A stretch of 64,000 nt of DNA from the human T2T-CHM13v2.0 reference genome, Homo sapiens (GCF_009914755.1 NC_060927.1), one strand, 5' to 3'; positions 43,070 through 56,198 are shown, numbered from the stretch's first letter. Numbers and translations are program-made. The notes: generated by a model not told the origin, from the sequence alone.

Positions 43070-45850
43070 CTATACTTGCCTTAATTCATAAGGCCATTTG
43101 TCAAGCTGGTTGGATTGTTCAATAATATCAGGAACCAGTTATTTAATTTCAGCTAGCCATGCTCTGTGTTAGGGAGGTTTCCTCTCATGTTCACAAGACA
43201 GCTGCTACAGCTCCATATGTCCCATCCTTATACAGCAGTGTCCGAAGAGCAGAGGGGGCTATAGCAAAAGCACTTTAAGTTCTATTTAGGTAAGAATATT
43301 TTCCCCAGAAGTCTTCACAGTATCTTGTTGACTGAGCCACATACCCTCCCCTAAACTAATAATTGGGGAAGATGGCTGACTAAACCAATGTTCCCAGATT
43401 GAACATTGCTACGTGAACAAAATCAAGGTTCTACAGGCAAGAGAGAATGGTCCTTGGTGAGCAAATCAACAGTGTCTGCATATTGATTAAAGTTAAAAAA
43501 TGCTTCTATATTACAGGCCCTCTCAAAGTTTTAAATATCCTAATGAGTACTTCGAATTTCTAGGAGAGGAATAATACAGTAGTTAGCATCTCCCAGACAC
43601 ATTTAACCATGGAACTATTTTTTGAGGGATGATCTATTAAGATCTCTTGGAAGTCTACTGGCCACAGCATACTTTCACAAATGCTGGTTTATAAGTGTTT
43701 CTACTAAAAAGTACCCTATCCTCTTCTTAAATAAATGCTTAAATGAAATGTGTTGTTGGGAGGAAAGCCAAAATGTTTTAAGTCACCTCTGCTTATGTTT
43801 CTAGGGATGATTTATTCCTCGTAACTTTTTTTTCAATATATGAAAACAGCCTAAAGACAAAATACATTTAATAAACTAATCTTACATGGTGCAAGCCGGA
43901 AAAAAAGTACGTTCAGTTTGGGGACATAATGCAGAAACCATAAACTACTATCAAAAGGCATTCAAGTAAGTGGACTCGAAAAGCAGTAATAACTTCATGA
44001 AACTCTTTGTCCTTTCCACTAACCTTGGCATAAAAGAGAGAAAAAAATACACATTGAGTTTTCACCAATCCTACTGTGGGGTAAGAACACATTAGTATTC
44101 TGGCTTGATCTTGGCATATGCATTAATGATAAACTTGCTGCAAAACAATTTTTCTTCCTTACAAAGAATCTCAGTTCTGATTGGGTTATATAAATCTCCC
44201 CCTTTGTTTTTATTTTTCTTGTCCTTTTGCAAGACATTCTTTCCTCTCTGCAAATAGCCTCTCCAGTCCCTTTCTTACTTCAGCCGCTTAGCGCCTCCCT
44301 GAACCATTTTGGACCAAGTTTCTCTCCTAGTCTCATCTTCTCATTTGAAATCTCTTCTGATGCATTGAGCCTCCCAGAACTCCTGAGATTTTTCCATCTG
44401 CTTTCCGTATGCTCTGCATAGATCAGCACATGTCACATGACTTGTGGAATTCATCACAGACACCCACGTGCTCTATTCTACTGTAATTGTAACTTTTAAA
44501 AAGATCACCAATATAAAGATAAAATGAAAACAAAGACTGTTCCCTAGTCTTCCAGACTCTGTACCTCCCATCACCTAGAGAAATACACTGGCACAAAAGC
44601 ACCATTGTGTAACTGCTCACCTTTTCCATACTGATAACAATACACCCCTCGGTATCCATGCAAGTCTATGAAATGATTTCCATTTGAGAGATTGCAGAGA
44701 TTGTGTGTCAAGGGAATAGATAGATAAATGATACTCTGGAGACCAAACAAAGTAGCAGAGTGGGAGTTCCTGAGCTGTTTGTTGTTGTTGAAAAGACTTA
44801 GACATGACTCTTCTAGCCTGCTTGAAAAATCCCTTAGTGGATATCCATTTAACCTGAATGCCGTAACAAAGGCCTAGAAGGTGCCCTCAGCAACAGGTAA
44901 CCTTGTATAGTAAAACATTTTTTACTTTCCTAGGCAGATATCAGAAATGTACAGTCACTGGCTTTGTGCCATAGCGGTAGTTTTAAACCTGAGCCCCCTG
45001 GGTTTCAATTATGCCCAGTAATCACATGTTGCTTTAGGCTCTCAGTGTCACTGATTTTCGAACCAAAGAAAAACAAAAGCATTTTAGTAATTAATATTTT
45101 CTGGGAGAAATGTTCTCTCTTCAATTGGGTTGACAGGGTCAAATGGAAATTAGGAAAAGCCTTAGAGGTCTCCTAGGCACTAAATTTTTCCTTGCTAAAT
45201 TTCTGACAACCCATAAAATTGGAATCATTGTCCTCCTGAAAGTGTCTGCTCTTACTTTCCCAGGGGAATATGAAGAGGGCTATCTGATCGGTGCAGTGAT
45301 CATTGGTCTATCAAAATCTCATCCTTAAATCTTAGTCAATATAAAAACTTCAAAGTTAAGCTCCATTTAGATTCAGGAACATGGAAACATTATTTCTATG
45401 GAATCAGTGTAATTCTTCCTGTATCATTATCAAAGGAAAAGAGTTGCACAGCTTTTCCAGTATTTTAGAGACCTGACCCTAGGGCCTAGGGAAGTGGATA
45501 TTTTAGCTATAAGAGCCTGCCAATAACGTGCTCCTCAAATACTAAAACAATCATCACGTGCAGCTTTACTTTGCTGGAGTTATCTACTGAAAGAAGTTAC
45601 GCTTCTTGGAAACAAAACAATGTTACTGTGACTTAGAATTATTCCAGGTGGAGCCTTCCAACCATGGGTGAAATGCTTTTGATTTGGTAAACTCTGAAGC
45701 AAGTTGCTGGGCATCAGTGGGCTTCATGGGAAATATCTTGACCCTGTCGGTGGTTTGAACAGATTATGCTACTTCACATTATGCACATGGTTAGAAGACT
45801 GAAAGAGTTACGATTATAGCTGGAAGAGTTAAGATTATGACTCACAGAAC

Positions 45851-46039
45851 CAGTGGTGTTCTAGAGCTACTTTGTAGTGGTTGAGAGTCCACTGTTAAAT
45901 ATTCAGGAATTTCCTCAACTACAACCATTGGTAGCTTGCAATTTGCTATGACAGAAATATTTACACCATGAAAATTGGCAGACACTACAAACTGGGGCTT
46001 TCTTTAACTTCTGAAAGAAAATTTACTGCCATACCACTG
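45851..46039. mobile_element. MER63A-like hAT MITE
   Basis: TIRs cagtggtgt ... ataccactg; internal tgttaaatattcaggaattt and ttggtagcttg...atttacaccatgaaaattggca. Confidence 0.65.
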
Positions 46040-47889
46040 CATATAGGCTTAAGCAAACAGAATAGACCCCAGAATTGAGAAAAATATTCTATCTTTCCTA
46101 AAAAGCAGAACTACAAATGAATCAGTAATTTGAAAAGAAAGAAATCATGAAAATAAAGCCCTTCTGTTGCTAATTTACTATAAATCTTAATTCTAGAGAA
46201 ACTCTTTCCAAGTTTTATAATTTCACATTCATACCAAATTACATGCCTCAAAGTACTCTGCCCTTTTCCTTGGCATTGGAGGTAGACTTTTGCCCACCCC
46301 AGGAATAGACTGTTGGATATCAAGAGTGTGGAAAGTTAAGGCAAAAAAACTATTATGAGTAACAGCAGGAAAGAGGAGGGATTATTTTTCAAATACTTAA
46401 ACATAGGTCACAGTCTGCAGCAATGCTCACTAAAATGTTAATTCAATTCAACTTGACAAACATTTACAAACAATAAGTGTTTGTTGAATTGAATTGAAAT
46501 GTTAACATTTATCCTCCTGTGATATTTCTCTGCAGAAATTAGAAAGTATTCTTAGACTGTAAACTAAATTCCACCCTGAGATGAATGTTAACTTTATAAT
46601 AAATACAATCATAAAATATCTATAACCTTATTTCAAGACACCTCCCATTGAATTATTTCAAAGCTTAGACAAAATAATGCAGAGATTCTACCCCATTTAA
46701 ATAGTGCAAGAAAATCCACAAAAAGGGAACAGAGCTTCCTGGACTTCTAATTTAGTGAGCAGCTATAAATAATTTATGGTAGACCGTAGACTGTCTTGTT
46801 TTTTCACCACTGGGTTATCTCCCCACTTCTAATAGAAGCACTTCAACCCTATCTCTAACAAAGGTACCTTCATCTAGGATCAGTACACATTCTATAAGAA
46901 GAATTGACACACTCCCCAGTGCCGAGAGAGAGCAGGTGAATCATCGTTACTACTGAGAGCATCACATTGCCCTGGAAACCATGACTGATTCAGAGATGGA
47001 TATTTACTTCACTCTCAAATAATTAAACTTTCCTCGGGATTGTTGAGAGAGGAGTACTTTATCTTTTTGATCTTAAACTTGAACCCGAAAGAATATAGAT
47101 CTGACACTCTTTGCATCCATCTTCCTCCATAGGAATAAACCCAACCTGAAGGAAAGCAGAACTGAAAGATGCAGAGAGACTGAGGACTGCTGATACTGTT
47201 GAAGCACCTAGACCAAGCCTTCTGAAAGTCATCACTACACTAGTCTTAAAAGCCTTAAATTACCTTTGTTTATAATACCTTGAGTTAATGTTTCCATCGC
47301 TTACTACCGAGAGTCCTCATATAGTATTCACAGGTTTTTCAAACTACTTCATACCCATAATCACCAGAATTACTGACTTCTAAAAGTCTTCTGAAAATGC
47401 CAAAGCCATGTGTTTACCTGTCCTTATATCCAAGCCCTTTGCTATGTAACTTTGCAATTCTTCCTGCTAAAAGGCAGAGGGCACTTCCCACCTCCTCACA
47501 TTGGGTTTAGCCATATGATTTTCTTTGACCAAAGGAGTATTATAACGCAATCAGCTACAGATATAATACAATCAGGAGTTTAAAGTGGGCTTACATAATT
47601 GGTTTGCCTTCTTGGCCTTCTGTCCTGGCCATCTCAAGAATGCGCTGGCTAGTATGCTGATCAAGGAATATGAAAGACGTGGCGAGTAGACTCAAACACC
47701 CCAGCCGCTGTGATATGATATAAAGTATAAAGTCATGCTAGCCAACATTTAGACCTCTAGGGGGAAAACAATTGTTGTTTTAACACATTCAGACAGCTTG
47801 TTGCTCAGAATACCCACACTACTCCCAGTATAGAAAGAAGAAATTGCTATAAATCTCTAAGAAGGTCCTACATGATTTTCCAAGCAGTT

Positions 47890-48110
47890 AAGTAAATAAT
47901 AACTAAAACTTAAATAGCATGTAGGACATCCCAGGCATTGATCTAAGTGTTCTACATGTATCAATTCCTTTAATCTTTACAGTAACTGTTTGAGATACGT
48001 GTTATTATCACTTTCCTGGGACAAAACTGAGGTGCAGAGAGACTAAGAAACTTGCCCCAGTCACACAGGATTTAGGTCTTGAATCCAGGTTGTCTGTACC
48101 TCTATGCTAT
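47890..48110 (-). mobile_element. MIR
   Basis: aaactgaggtgcagagagactaagaaacttgccccagtcacacag. Confidence 0.7.
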
Positions 48111-48120
48111 TAGGCTAGAT

Positions 48121-48172
48121 TTGTTTTTTGCGTTTTGTTTTGTTTTGTTTTTGTTTTTTTTTTTTGTTTTTT
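48121..48172 (+). repeat. (TTTTG)n / T-rich simple repeat
   Basis: Directly visible. Confidence 0.85.
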
Positions 48173-48723
48173 AAACTGTAAGAAATGATAGGGACTGTGT
48201 TTTTCCAGAGTCAGGCATCATCATGTTCAGCTAGTTGTTACCATGTGGGATTGAGAGCATTCTAAGCTTTGAGAAAAGCAAAAAATCCAGGTTTTTTATA
48301 AATTTATTTTTTTAAAAGCATTTCAAATATTGAAATGTTTGAATGTTTAACACCATGAAAGTTAACCTTGAACAGTATAAGCTCAACAAAACACATTTAA
48401 AACTAAATTTGGCTATGGCCTGTCCACCACTGATCTAAGTTTAGCAGTTCAGTCCTATTCAAGTAGCAATGTCTGGCACCTATATCTCGAGCTTTTCTAA
48501 TGTTCTTGAAAGTGTGACAACAATTTTATTTCTAATGTTTACTACAAGGCAAGTAAACATGGTGCTTCCACACTGCCTTTCCCTTCGAGACTTAAGCTGC
48601 CGCCACAACTCACAGATCATTTGCTTTTCAGGTCCTTAATGTCACATCCAGACTTTTGTGTCACCTCACATCCAGAGACTTGGGCCTGCTGCTCCTTCCA
48701 CTTGGGTCATTCTTCTCCCCTTC

Positions 48724-50971
48724 TGTTTTAGTCTGTTTTCACGCTGCTGATAAAGACATACCCGAGACTGGGAAGAAAAAGGTTTAATTGAACTTATAGT
48801 TCCACAGTTCCCTGAGGCTGGAGGAGGCCTCAGAATCATGGTGGGAGGCAAAAGGCACTTCTTACGTGGAAGTGGCAAGAGAAAAAGAAACGCAAAAGCA
48901 GAAACCCCTGATAAAACCATCAGAGCTTGTGAGACTTATGCACTACCATGACAGCAGTATGGGGGAAACCACCCCCATGATTCATATTATCTCCCACTGC
49001 GTCCCGCCCACAACATCTGGGAATTATGGGAGTAGAATTCAAGATGAGATTTGGGTGAGGACACAGAGCCAAACTATGTCATTCTGCCCCTTGCCCCTCC
49101 AAATCTCACGTGCTCACATTTCAAAACCAATCACACCTTCCCAACAGTCCCCTAAAGTCTTAACTCATTCTAGCATTAACCCAAAAGTCCACAGTCCAAG
49201 GTTTCATCTGAGACAAGGCAAGTCTCTTCTGCCTACGAACCTGTAAGGTCAAAAAGCAGGCTAGTAACTTCCTAGATACAATGGGGATACAGATATTGGG
49301 TAAATACAGCCATTCCAAATGGGAGAAATTGGTCAAAACAAAGGGGTTACAGGACCCATGCAAGTCTGAATTCCAGCAGGGCAGTCAAATTCTAAAGTTC
49401 CAAAATGATCTCCTTTGACTCCATGTCTCATATCTGGGTCACGCTGATGCAAGAGGTGGGTTCCCATAGCCTTTGGCAGCTCCACCCCTGTGGCTTTGCA
49501 GGGTATAGCCCCCATCATGGCTGCTTTCACATGCTGGCACACAGTGTAAGCTGTCAGTGGACCTACCATTCTGGGGTCTGGAAGATGGTGGCCTTTGTCT
49601 CATAGCTCCACTAGGCAGTGCCCCAGTAGGGACTCTGTGTGGGGGCTCTGACCCCACATTTCCCTTCCACACTGCCCTAGCAGAGGGTCTCCATGAGGGC
49701 CCCCTCCCCTGCAGCAAACTTTTATCTGGGCATCCAGGGGTTTCCATACCTCTTCTGAAATTTAGGTGGAGGTTCCCAAACCTCAATTCTTGACTTGTGT
49801 GTCCACATGCTCAACACCACATGGAAGCTGCTAAGGTTTGGGGCTTGCACCCTCTGAAACCATGGGCTGAGCTGCACCTTGGCCCCTTTTAGCAATGGCT
49901 GGAGCAGCTGGGATGCAGGGCACCAAGTCTGTAGGCTGCACACAGCTTGGGGACCCTGTGTGTCCCCAGGCCCATGAAATCATTTATTCCTCCTAGGCTT
50001 CTGGGTCTGATGGGAGGGACTGCCATGAAGACCTATGACATGCCCTGGAGACATTTTCCCTATTGTCTTGAGGATTATCATTCAGCTCCTTGTTACTTAG
50101 GCAAATTTCTGCAGCTAGCTTGAATTTCTCCTCAAAAAATGGGTTTTTTCTACTGCATCGTCAGGCTGAAAATTTTCTGAACTTTGATGCTGTTTCCCTT
50201 TTAAAAGGGAATGCTTTTAATGGCATCCAAGTCACCTCTTGAATGCTTTGCTGCTTAAAAATTTCTTCCATCAGATACCATAAATCATCTCTCTCAAGTT
50301 CAAAGTTCCACAAATCTCTAGGACAGGGGCAAAATGCCGCCAGTCTGTTTGCTAAAACGTAACAAGAGTCAACTTTGCTCCAGTTCCCAACAAGTTCCTC
50401 ATCTCCATCTGAGACTACCTCAGCCTGGACCTTATTGTTCGTATCACTATCAGCATTTTTGTCAAAGCCATTCAACAAGTCTCTAGGAAGTTCTGAATTT
50501 TCCTGTCTTCTTCTGAGCCCTTCAAACTATTTCAACCTCTGCCTGTTACCCAGTTCCAAAGTCGCTTCCACATTTTTGGGTATCTTTTCAGCAGCACCCC
50601 ATTCTACTGGTACTAATTTACCATATTAGTCTGTTTTCATGCTGCTGATAAATACATACCCAAGACTGGGAAGAAAAAGGTTTAATTGGACTTACAGTTC
50701 CACATGGCTGGGGAGGCCTCAATTCATGGCGGAAGCCGAAAGGCACTTCTTGCATGGCAGCAGCAAGAGAAAACGAGGAAGAATGCAAAAGTAGAAACCC
50801 CTGATAAAACCATCAGATCTTGTGAGACTTATTCACTATCAGTGCAGTATGGGGAAAATAGCCCCCATAATTCAAATTATTTCCCACCAGGTCCCTCCCA
50901 CAACACCTGGGAATTACGGGAATACAATTCAAGATGAGATCTGGGTGGGGACACAGAGTCAAACAATACCA
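48724..50971 (-). mobile_element. Complete THE1A MaLR element (5' LTR 50622-50971, internal region, 3' LTR 48724-49081), same orientation as GADL1
   Basis: Two direct-repeat LTRs of about 350 bp around THE1-int sequence; perfect TSD CCTTC at 48719-48723 and 50972-50976; interrupts an L2. Confidence 0.93.
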
Positions 50972-51291
50972 CCTTCTCTTCATTAGATCTCAGTTGAAAG
51001 TCACTTCCTCCAAGGAGCCTCTGCCAGTGTGCCTCAAGAACACACTAGAGAAGCCCTCCTGATTGATCTTGGACTCTATACCTCACCTTGCCAAAAATGA
51101 GGGTCATTTGTGCATCTCAGTAGGCTAGGATCTTGGAGGGAGGTGATAGGACTGCTCTGTTCATAATTCCTAACACTTAGTAGGTACTGAGAAAATGTGT
51201 ATTGGATGAAATAATGCACAAACGAAAACATGTACTTGCAACACATTTCAAGTATTACTTTCCTTAGGTCTTCCTATTACAGACACAGATA

Positions 51292-51292
<1 letters not shown>

Positions 51293-51339
<47 letters not shown>

Positions 51340-51358
51340 GAGAGAGAGAGAGAGAGAG
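51293..51358 (+). repeat. Compound microsatellite (AC)20 + (AG)11
   Basis: (AC)20 at 51293-51332 and (AG)11 at 51337-51358; starts at intron position +9 after the GADL1 exon. Confidence 0.97.
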
Positions 51359-51366
51359 GCTAGTAC

Positions 51367-51566
51367 CTAGATAAAGCAAGAGCACGATTAACTCTTTCTT
51401 CAAGGCCTAATGTACCCAGGGCCTTCCAGGTCATCCAGAACTTGAATGCATCTGGTCTTCTGCTACACTGGATAGACTTGTCTCCTGTGTCATAGCTCAC
51501 ATCATAGAATTTATCCTGCTGGAAGAGGTAAGATGCCTTGGCAGAGTAGCATTTTTTAAGAAGATC
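51367..51566 (-). CDS. GADL1: GADL1 internal coding exon (200 nt, phase 0/2; probably exon 12), includes the catalytic loop
   Basis: Minus strand ttttctttttcgaag|GATCTT...TTATCTAG|gtactag. Translates DLLKKCYSAKASYLFQQDKFYDVSYDTGDKSIQCSRRPDAFKFWMTWKALGTLGLEERVNRALALS+AG, with the GAD/CSAD-family YLFQxDKxYDxxYDTGDK.IQC motif. Missed by the ORF track. Confidence 0.97.
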
Positions 51567-53296
51567 CTTCGAAAAAGAAAAGATTTACAAGACTGTTAAA
51601 CTTTAGAATATAACTTGATTTTGAAAGCAAACACATGTACACACACAATGTGTATATTCTACCTGTGCCAAGTGTACATCTCACTTTGACTGCCTTACAT
51701 CAGACACAATCAGTGTACATTGACTTTCAGATACACATTACCCATGGTGTTACCAAACAAAACTTCAGAGTTGACAATGCTAAAATCCATCTTCACAATT
51801 TTACTGAGTATTGAGAAGCTGAGAAGACCATGTCATTATCATTATGACATCAAGGTGGCCCAGTTTTTCAGTGTGAATAAAACTGTCTATAACTCAAAGT
51901 GCTCTCCATTGGCCAGAAAAAAAAAACTGACATATTTACATATGTTATACAATTTCATAAGCAAAAAAACTAGGTTTTAAGACCTTCTCTCCTTCATATT
52001 CATTTGAAAAGGCTAGACCCAACATAACTCAGGGATAAAAACCCAGTGAAAGAGCTATGGAAGAGGTAAACAAGAGCCAACAAGTTTTCACTACCACAGA
52101 ACATCAGCTATAATCCCACAGGGCCTTTTGTGTTTGTCTCATGCTGGTTTTATTTGCAACCAAATTCCATTTGCATTTACTGACTTGTTATCATTAAGAA
52201 ATGGGTGATAATTTACTATTCATCACGATTATAGGGCCTTTGCCTCGACCTCAAATCATTAAAGTTGAAGCCATGTTGTCTTCAATGTCATCTAGTGTCT
52301 ACAAAAGCCAAGATTTCCTAATCAATCATTTACAGCCCTGACAACTCCCCCAAAATATTTTAGATCCTTATGCTCCTCAGTGGAGCCAATGTACTCAATG
52401 TCCTTGAACCACTACATCCTGTCTCATCTATGTCTTGTCTTATACCATTTGCTTGAATCTAACTCTCTATTTTATTATGATACTTGACACTTTCAAAAGA
52501 ATATATGCAGTCTACTTATAAGCTGCGAAGTTTACTGACACTAAACATAGCCTGCCTTCTTTCCCAGGTCTGCCCTGCTATCAGGTCCCATCTCAACTTT
52601 TTCTTCCCCTTCAGCTTCATCTGCCCATCTCCTTGGGCTCAAAGGAGTAACTGGTATTTGGCTGCATTTGTTGGCCTTGGTCCTGTGCTTTCCGCATGCA
52701 ATGAGCAGTCACTACCTATATTCTCTCCTTGTGTGGTCAAGCAGGTTCTTGGGAGCAGGAATCATTTCCTATCCATTGTTACATCCATGCAGTTTAACAC
52801 TGTGCTGGGCACAGAGCACTCTCATTAAGCTATCAAGACAATGATTCCACTCTCAATGCCCTGACATGTGGTATGAATAGAATAAACACAGTTGGATGAG
52901 CTTCTCATTTGGTGAATTTTCCAAACTTTAACAATGCAAAACTACTAGTGCTGTACAGGAAGCTACAAAAAAGCTTCTCAGTAGACATGGCGGTCCTAGA
53001 AAATGTTTCCTTCTGATCAGAGAATGTATTAAATGTGCTTCATTTGACTAATCAGCTTGTGCTAATTAGCTGAATGAAAAGGAAATCTCAAGATATCACA
53101 TTTCAAATGAAAGCATAAGTTTGCTGACTTAATGTAAGCAACATTGTCTTGTGTAGATACTACTCTGGATCTAAATATATTCTATTACAAAAAAGTATGA
53201 TTTTATACTACAGAGAAATTATATACCAAATATAACCAAGAATTACAATATGCCCCTCATCCAGTATCCACAATAAACTGAGTATAAAACTGATAA

Positions 53297-53590
53297 GGCT
53301 GGGCACTGTGGCTCACACCTGTAATCCCAACGCTTTGGAGGGCTGAGGCAAGAGGATCACCTGAGGCCAGCCGTTTGATACAAGCCTGGGCAACATAGTG
53401 AGACCCCATCTCTACAAACATAAAAATTAGTTGGGCATGGTGGCATGTGCCTGTGGTTGTGGCGTATGCCTGAAGTGGGAAGATCACTTGAGCCCATGAG
53501 GTCGAAGCTGCAGTGAGCTGTGAGCACACCACAGCTCACCAGCCTACGCAACACAGTGGGACCCTGTCTCTAGAATAATAAGAAAAATAA
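53297..53590 (+). mobile_element. AluJ
   Basis: Diverged dimeric Alu with gatcacttgagccca and gaagctgcagtgagctgtga. Confidence 0.9.
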
Positions 53591-54863
53591 ATATTAGTAT
53601 GCCTTCAGCCTGGTTCTGATGGGTATTCTTGAGAGATACAGGGAAAGAGCAGATTGCTCTGACCTGAACACTAAAGTAGAAAAATCCCTTACTTTTAAGT
53701 CTTAGATTTTATCATCAATATCTCTCCTCTGATCACAGTTGCCACTGCTGCATCTCCCTGCCCTCAAAAGTCAGGAAATTTGGTTGTTTCCATAGCAACT
53801 ACACTGACCATATATTATAACACTAAAAGGCCACTGCATGTACTTTAAGGACAAATCATGCACACATGTTCACGACACAGGCACACACACTTGCATTATG
53901 ATTATAAATTTACTGTCACCAACCATGAAAGATTAAAAATCCCCAAAGCAAACGAACTTTGGACATTTCTTGAGCAAGTTTTAGGGGCCTATGGTAGTGA
54001 TTGAAAGGGAGAGGACGCTCATCCATTATCAGAAGACAAATTGTATCATCATAAGCAAGTGGAGAACAAGAGAGCCAAGAAAGCAAATAGCAGAATAAAC
54101 AATTGTCCTGCAATAGTGACAGTTAATTTTATGGCACTAAAAAATTCTGCCTTGGGAAGGTTTCCTAAAGAACAACTGGAGGCTTGGGATTTACTTTATC
54201 AAAAATAAACTTTCCTCCCAAAGATTTCACTTTGCATTTTAGTTTATGTCCTTGTATTAAAATGGATGAGATGTCCTTTAGTTTTAAGACATCAACTAAG
54301 AGAAGATGCTCAGATGTCCAGAGAAAACATTTTAGAATAAGTATAGTAAAACGTAACATTGTTGAAAATAGTTATTATTGTGCTATCAAAGAGAAGCACC
54401 ATATTTATCTTGCTCATCTTCATACTCTTAATCCTAGCAGGACAATAAATATTAGTAACATGGCTTTCAGAGACAAGTATCCAATGAAAAGACAAATTGC
54501 TTTATATTGATATTAATTCAACTCTCCTCAGCGGATTAGTAGACATTGTATTAGGACTTGTACAGTGGCAAATGAGGTTTAAGCAAAAGGAGGGAGTATT
54601 TTTATAGGCTTTTGTATATTTAAAAATCTAGTCATATATAATCTTCAGGCACAGTTGAATCCGGTACTAAGTAATATCCATCATCAGGAATATGTCCTTT
54701 CATCTTGTTCTATTGTAGCCTATATTGGCCTCACTCCCTACATATGGAAAGCTGGTAGGAAGCCTGAAAACCAAAGCTTCCAGGTAGAATCTGTGAGCAT
54801 GGAGAGGAGGCTCTGTTTGAAGACAGGAAATGACAAAGAGACAACTTCTGCTGGTGGTGCTAC

Positions 54864-55303
54864 TAACAAAGATTCTGTTTTTGACTAACATTTAGTTACT
54901 TAGTCTGCGTCCTCTAGGTCTCCACCTTGACATTTATCTTTCTGTAAATGCATCACCCTATTGTAGCAAGAATCTTGCTAGTCAGTTTGGAAAGAATCCC
55001 CCACCCCGATATCTCCCTTTATCTGACCAAATTCTTCATCCTTCTTACTTATCTGACTATTCTAGCCTGCCTTCAGCAAGAATCTTGTTAGATGTCTAAC
55101 CTGTATCCTTTTATTTCTAATGTTTTCTTAGTCATTTTCCACCCACTGACTCCCAACCTGCCCCTTGGCTATGAATCCCTACTTGTCCATGCTATATTCA
55201 GAAGTGAATCCGGTTATACTGAGGTCTATCTTCCTCATTGCAGTAGTTCCTGAACAAAGTCTGTTTTTACTACTTTACTGTCTGGTTCTGGTTTTCTTTA
55301 ACA
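54864..55303 (+). mobile_element. MER31-family ERV1 solo LTR, inserted in an older MLT1-like LTR
   Basis: taacaaagattct...ttgactaa...aagaatcttgctagtcagttt...aagaatccccc...ttttctttaaca; near-TSD ctac/ttac. Confidence 0.65.
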
Positions 55304-55559
55304 TTACCCATGTAGAGAGAGACTCTTGGCCTCCTAACCTCACTATCTTATATGAACCTTTTTGTGACCAAACCTAGCAGGAAGCCAATTGGCAAAAGAG
55401 CCTGGAGAATATGGCTTTTAGGAGTCTGGACCTTTTGCAGCGCAAAGCAGAGGAAATAAAGAATGGATTGGATTATACAGTAAAGAGAAGCCAATGACAA
55501 GCACAGAAACCACAACTTTTACTTTCCCTCTTTGCAATCACAACACCTAACCTAGCGCA

Positions 55560-55805
55560 CATAATAATGACCAGAGCTAACATTTATTGAGCTCTTACTA
55601 TTTTCCAGACACTTCATATGTAATAACTCACTTAAATTTCACAACCCAGTGAGATAAATTCTATTTTTGTCAACTCCATTGTACATTTTGCAACACAGCA
55701 AGTTAATTACCTAAGTTCATGTAGCTACTACATGATAGGGCTAGGTTTCAAACCAAAAATGCTTAGATTCAGGGCCTGAACGCTAACCTATTATACTTTA
55801 TTGCA
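55560..55805 (-). mobile_element. MIR
   Basis: gctaacatttattgagctcttacta...ccagacac...gggctaggtttcaaacca. Confidence 0.7.
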
Positions 55806-56198
55806 TCAACAGTGGGCACTTAAATACGTGTGAAAGAGGGTGCTCCATTTGGAGAGGCTGGTGAAAAGGAAAATGGCAGAAGAGAGAACACTGAGCTAGA
55901 GGTCAAAATAACTAAGATCCTGTTTCAAACTCTTATTTTTTCCTATAAACATGACCTCTGGTCTTAGCACCAGTAATATCCTGTTTTTAAAGCATTTTGA
56001 GATCTTTATGAATACTTGTGAATCTGGTAACATTATGGAAAATATTCACTCATTATGTGAAAGAATGAATCCGTAGGTTGTATATTCTCCTGACCAAGAT
56101 TAGCCAAGCCATCTTTGATTTCTATAGGCCAGATCAGAATCTGCGGTCTCTTTTTGGTCAGTGATCCCATGGGTCTACTAAGTCAGGATTCTGTGCAC

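Noticed and set aside
48666-50937. Cluster of ORFs on both strands
   Set aside because: All lie within the THE1A element and are typical decayed MaLR frames.
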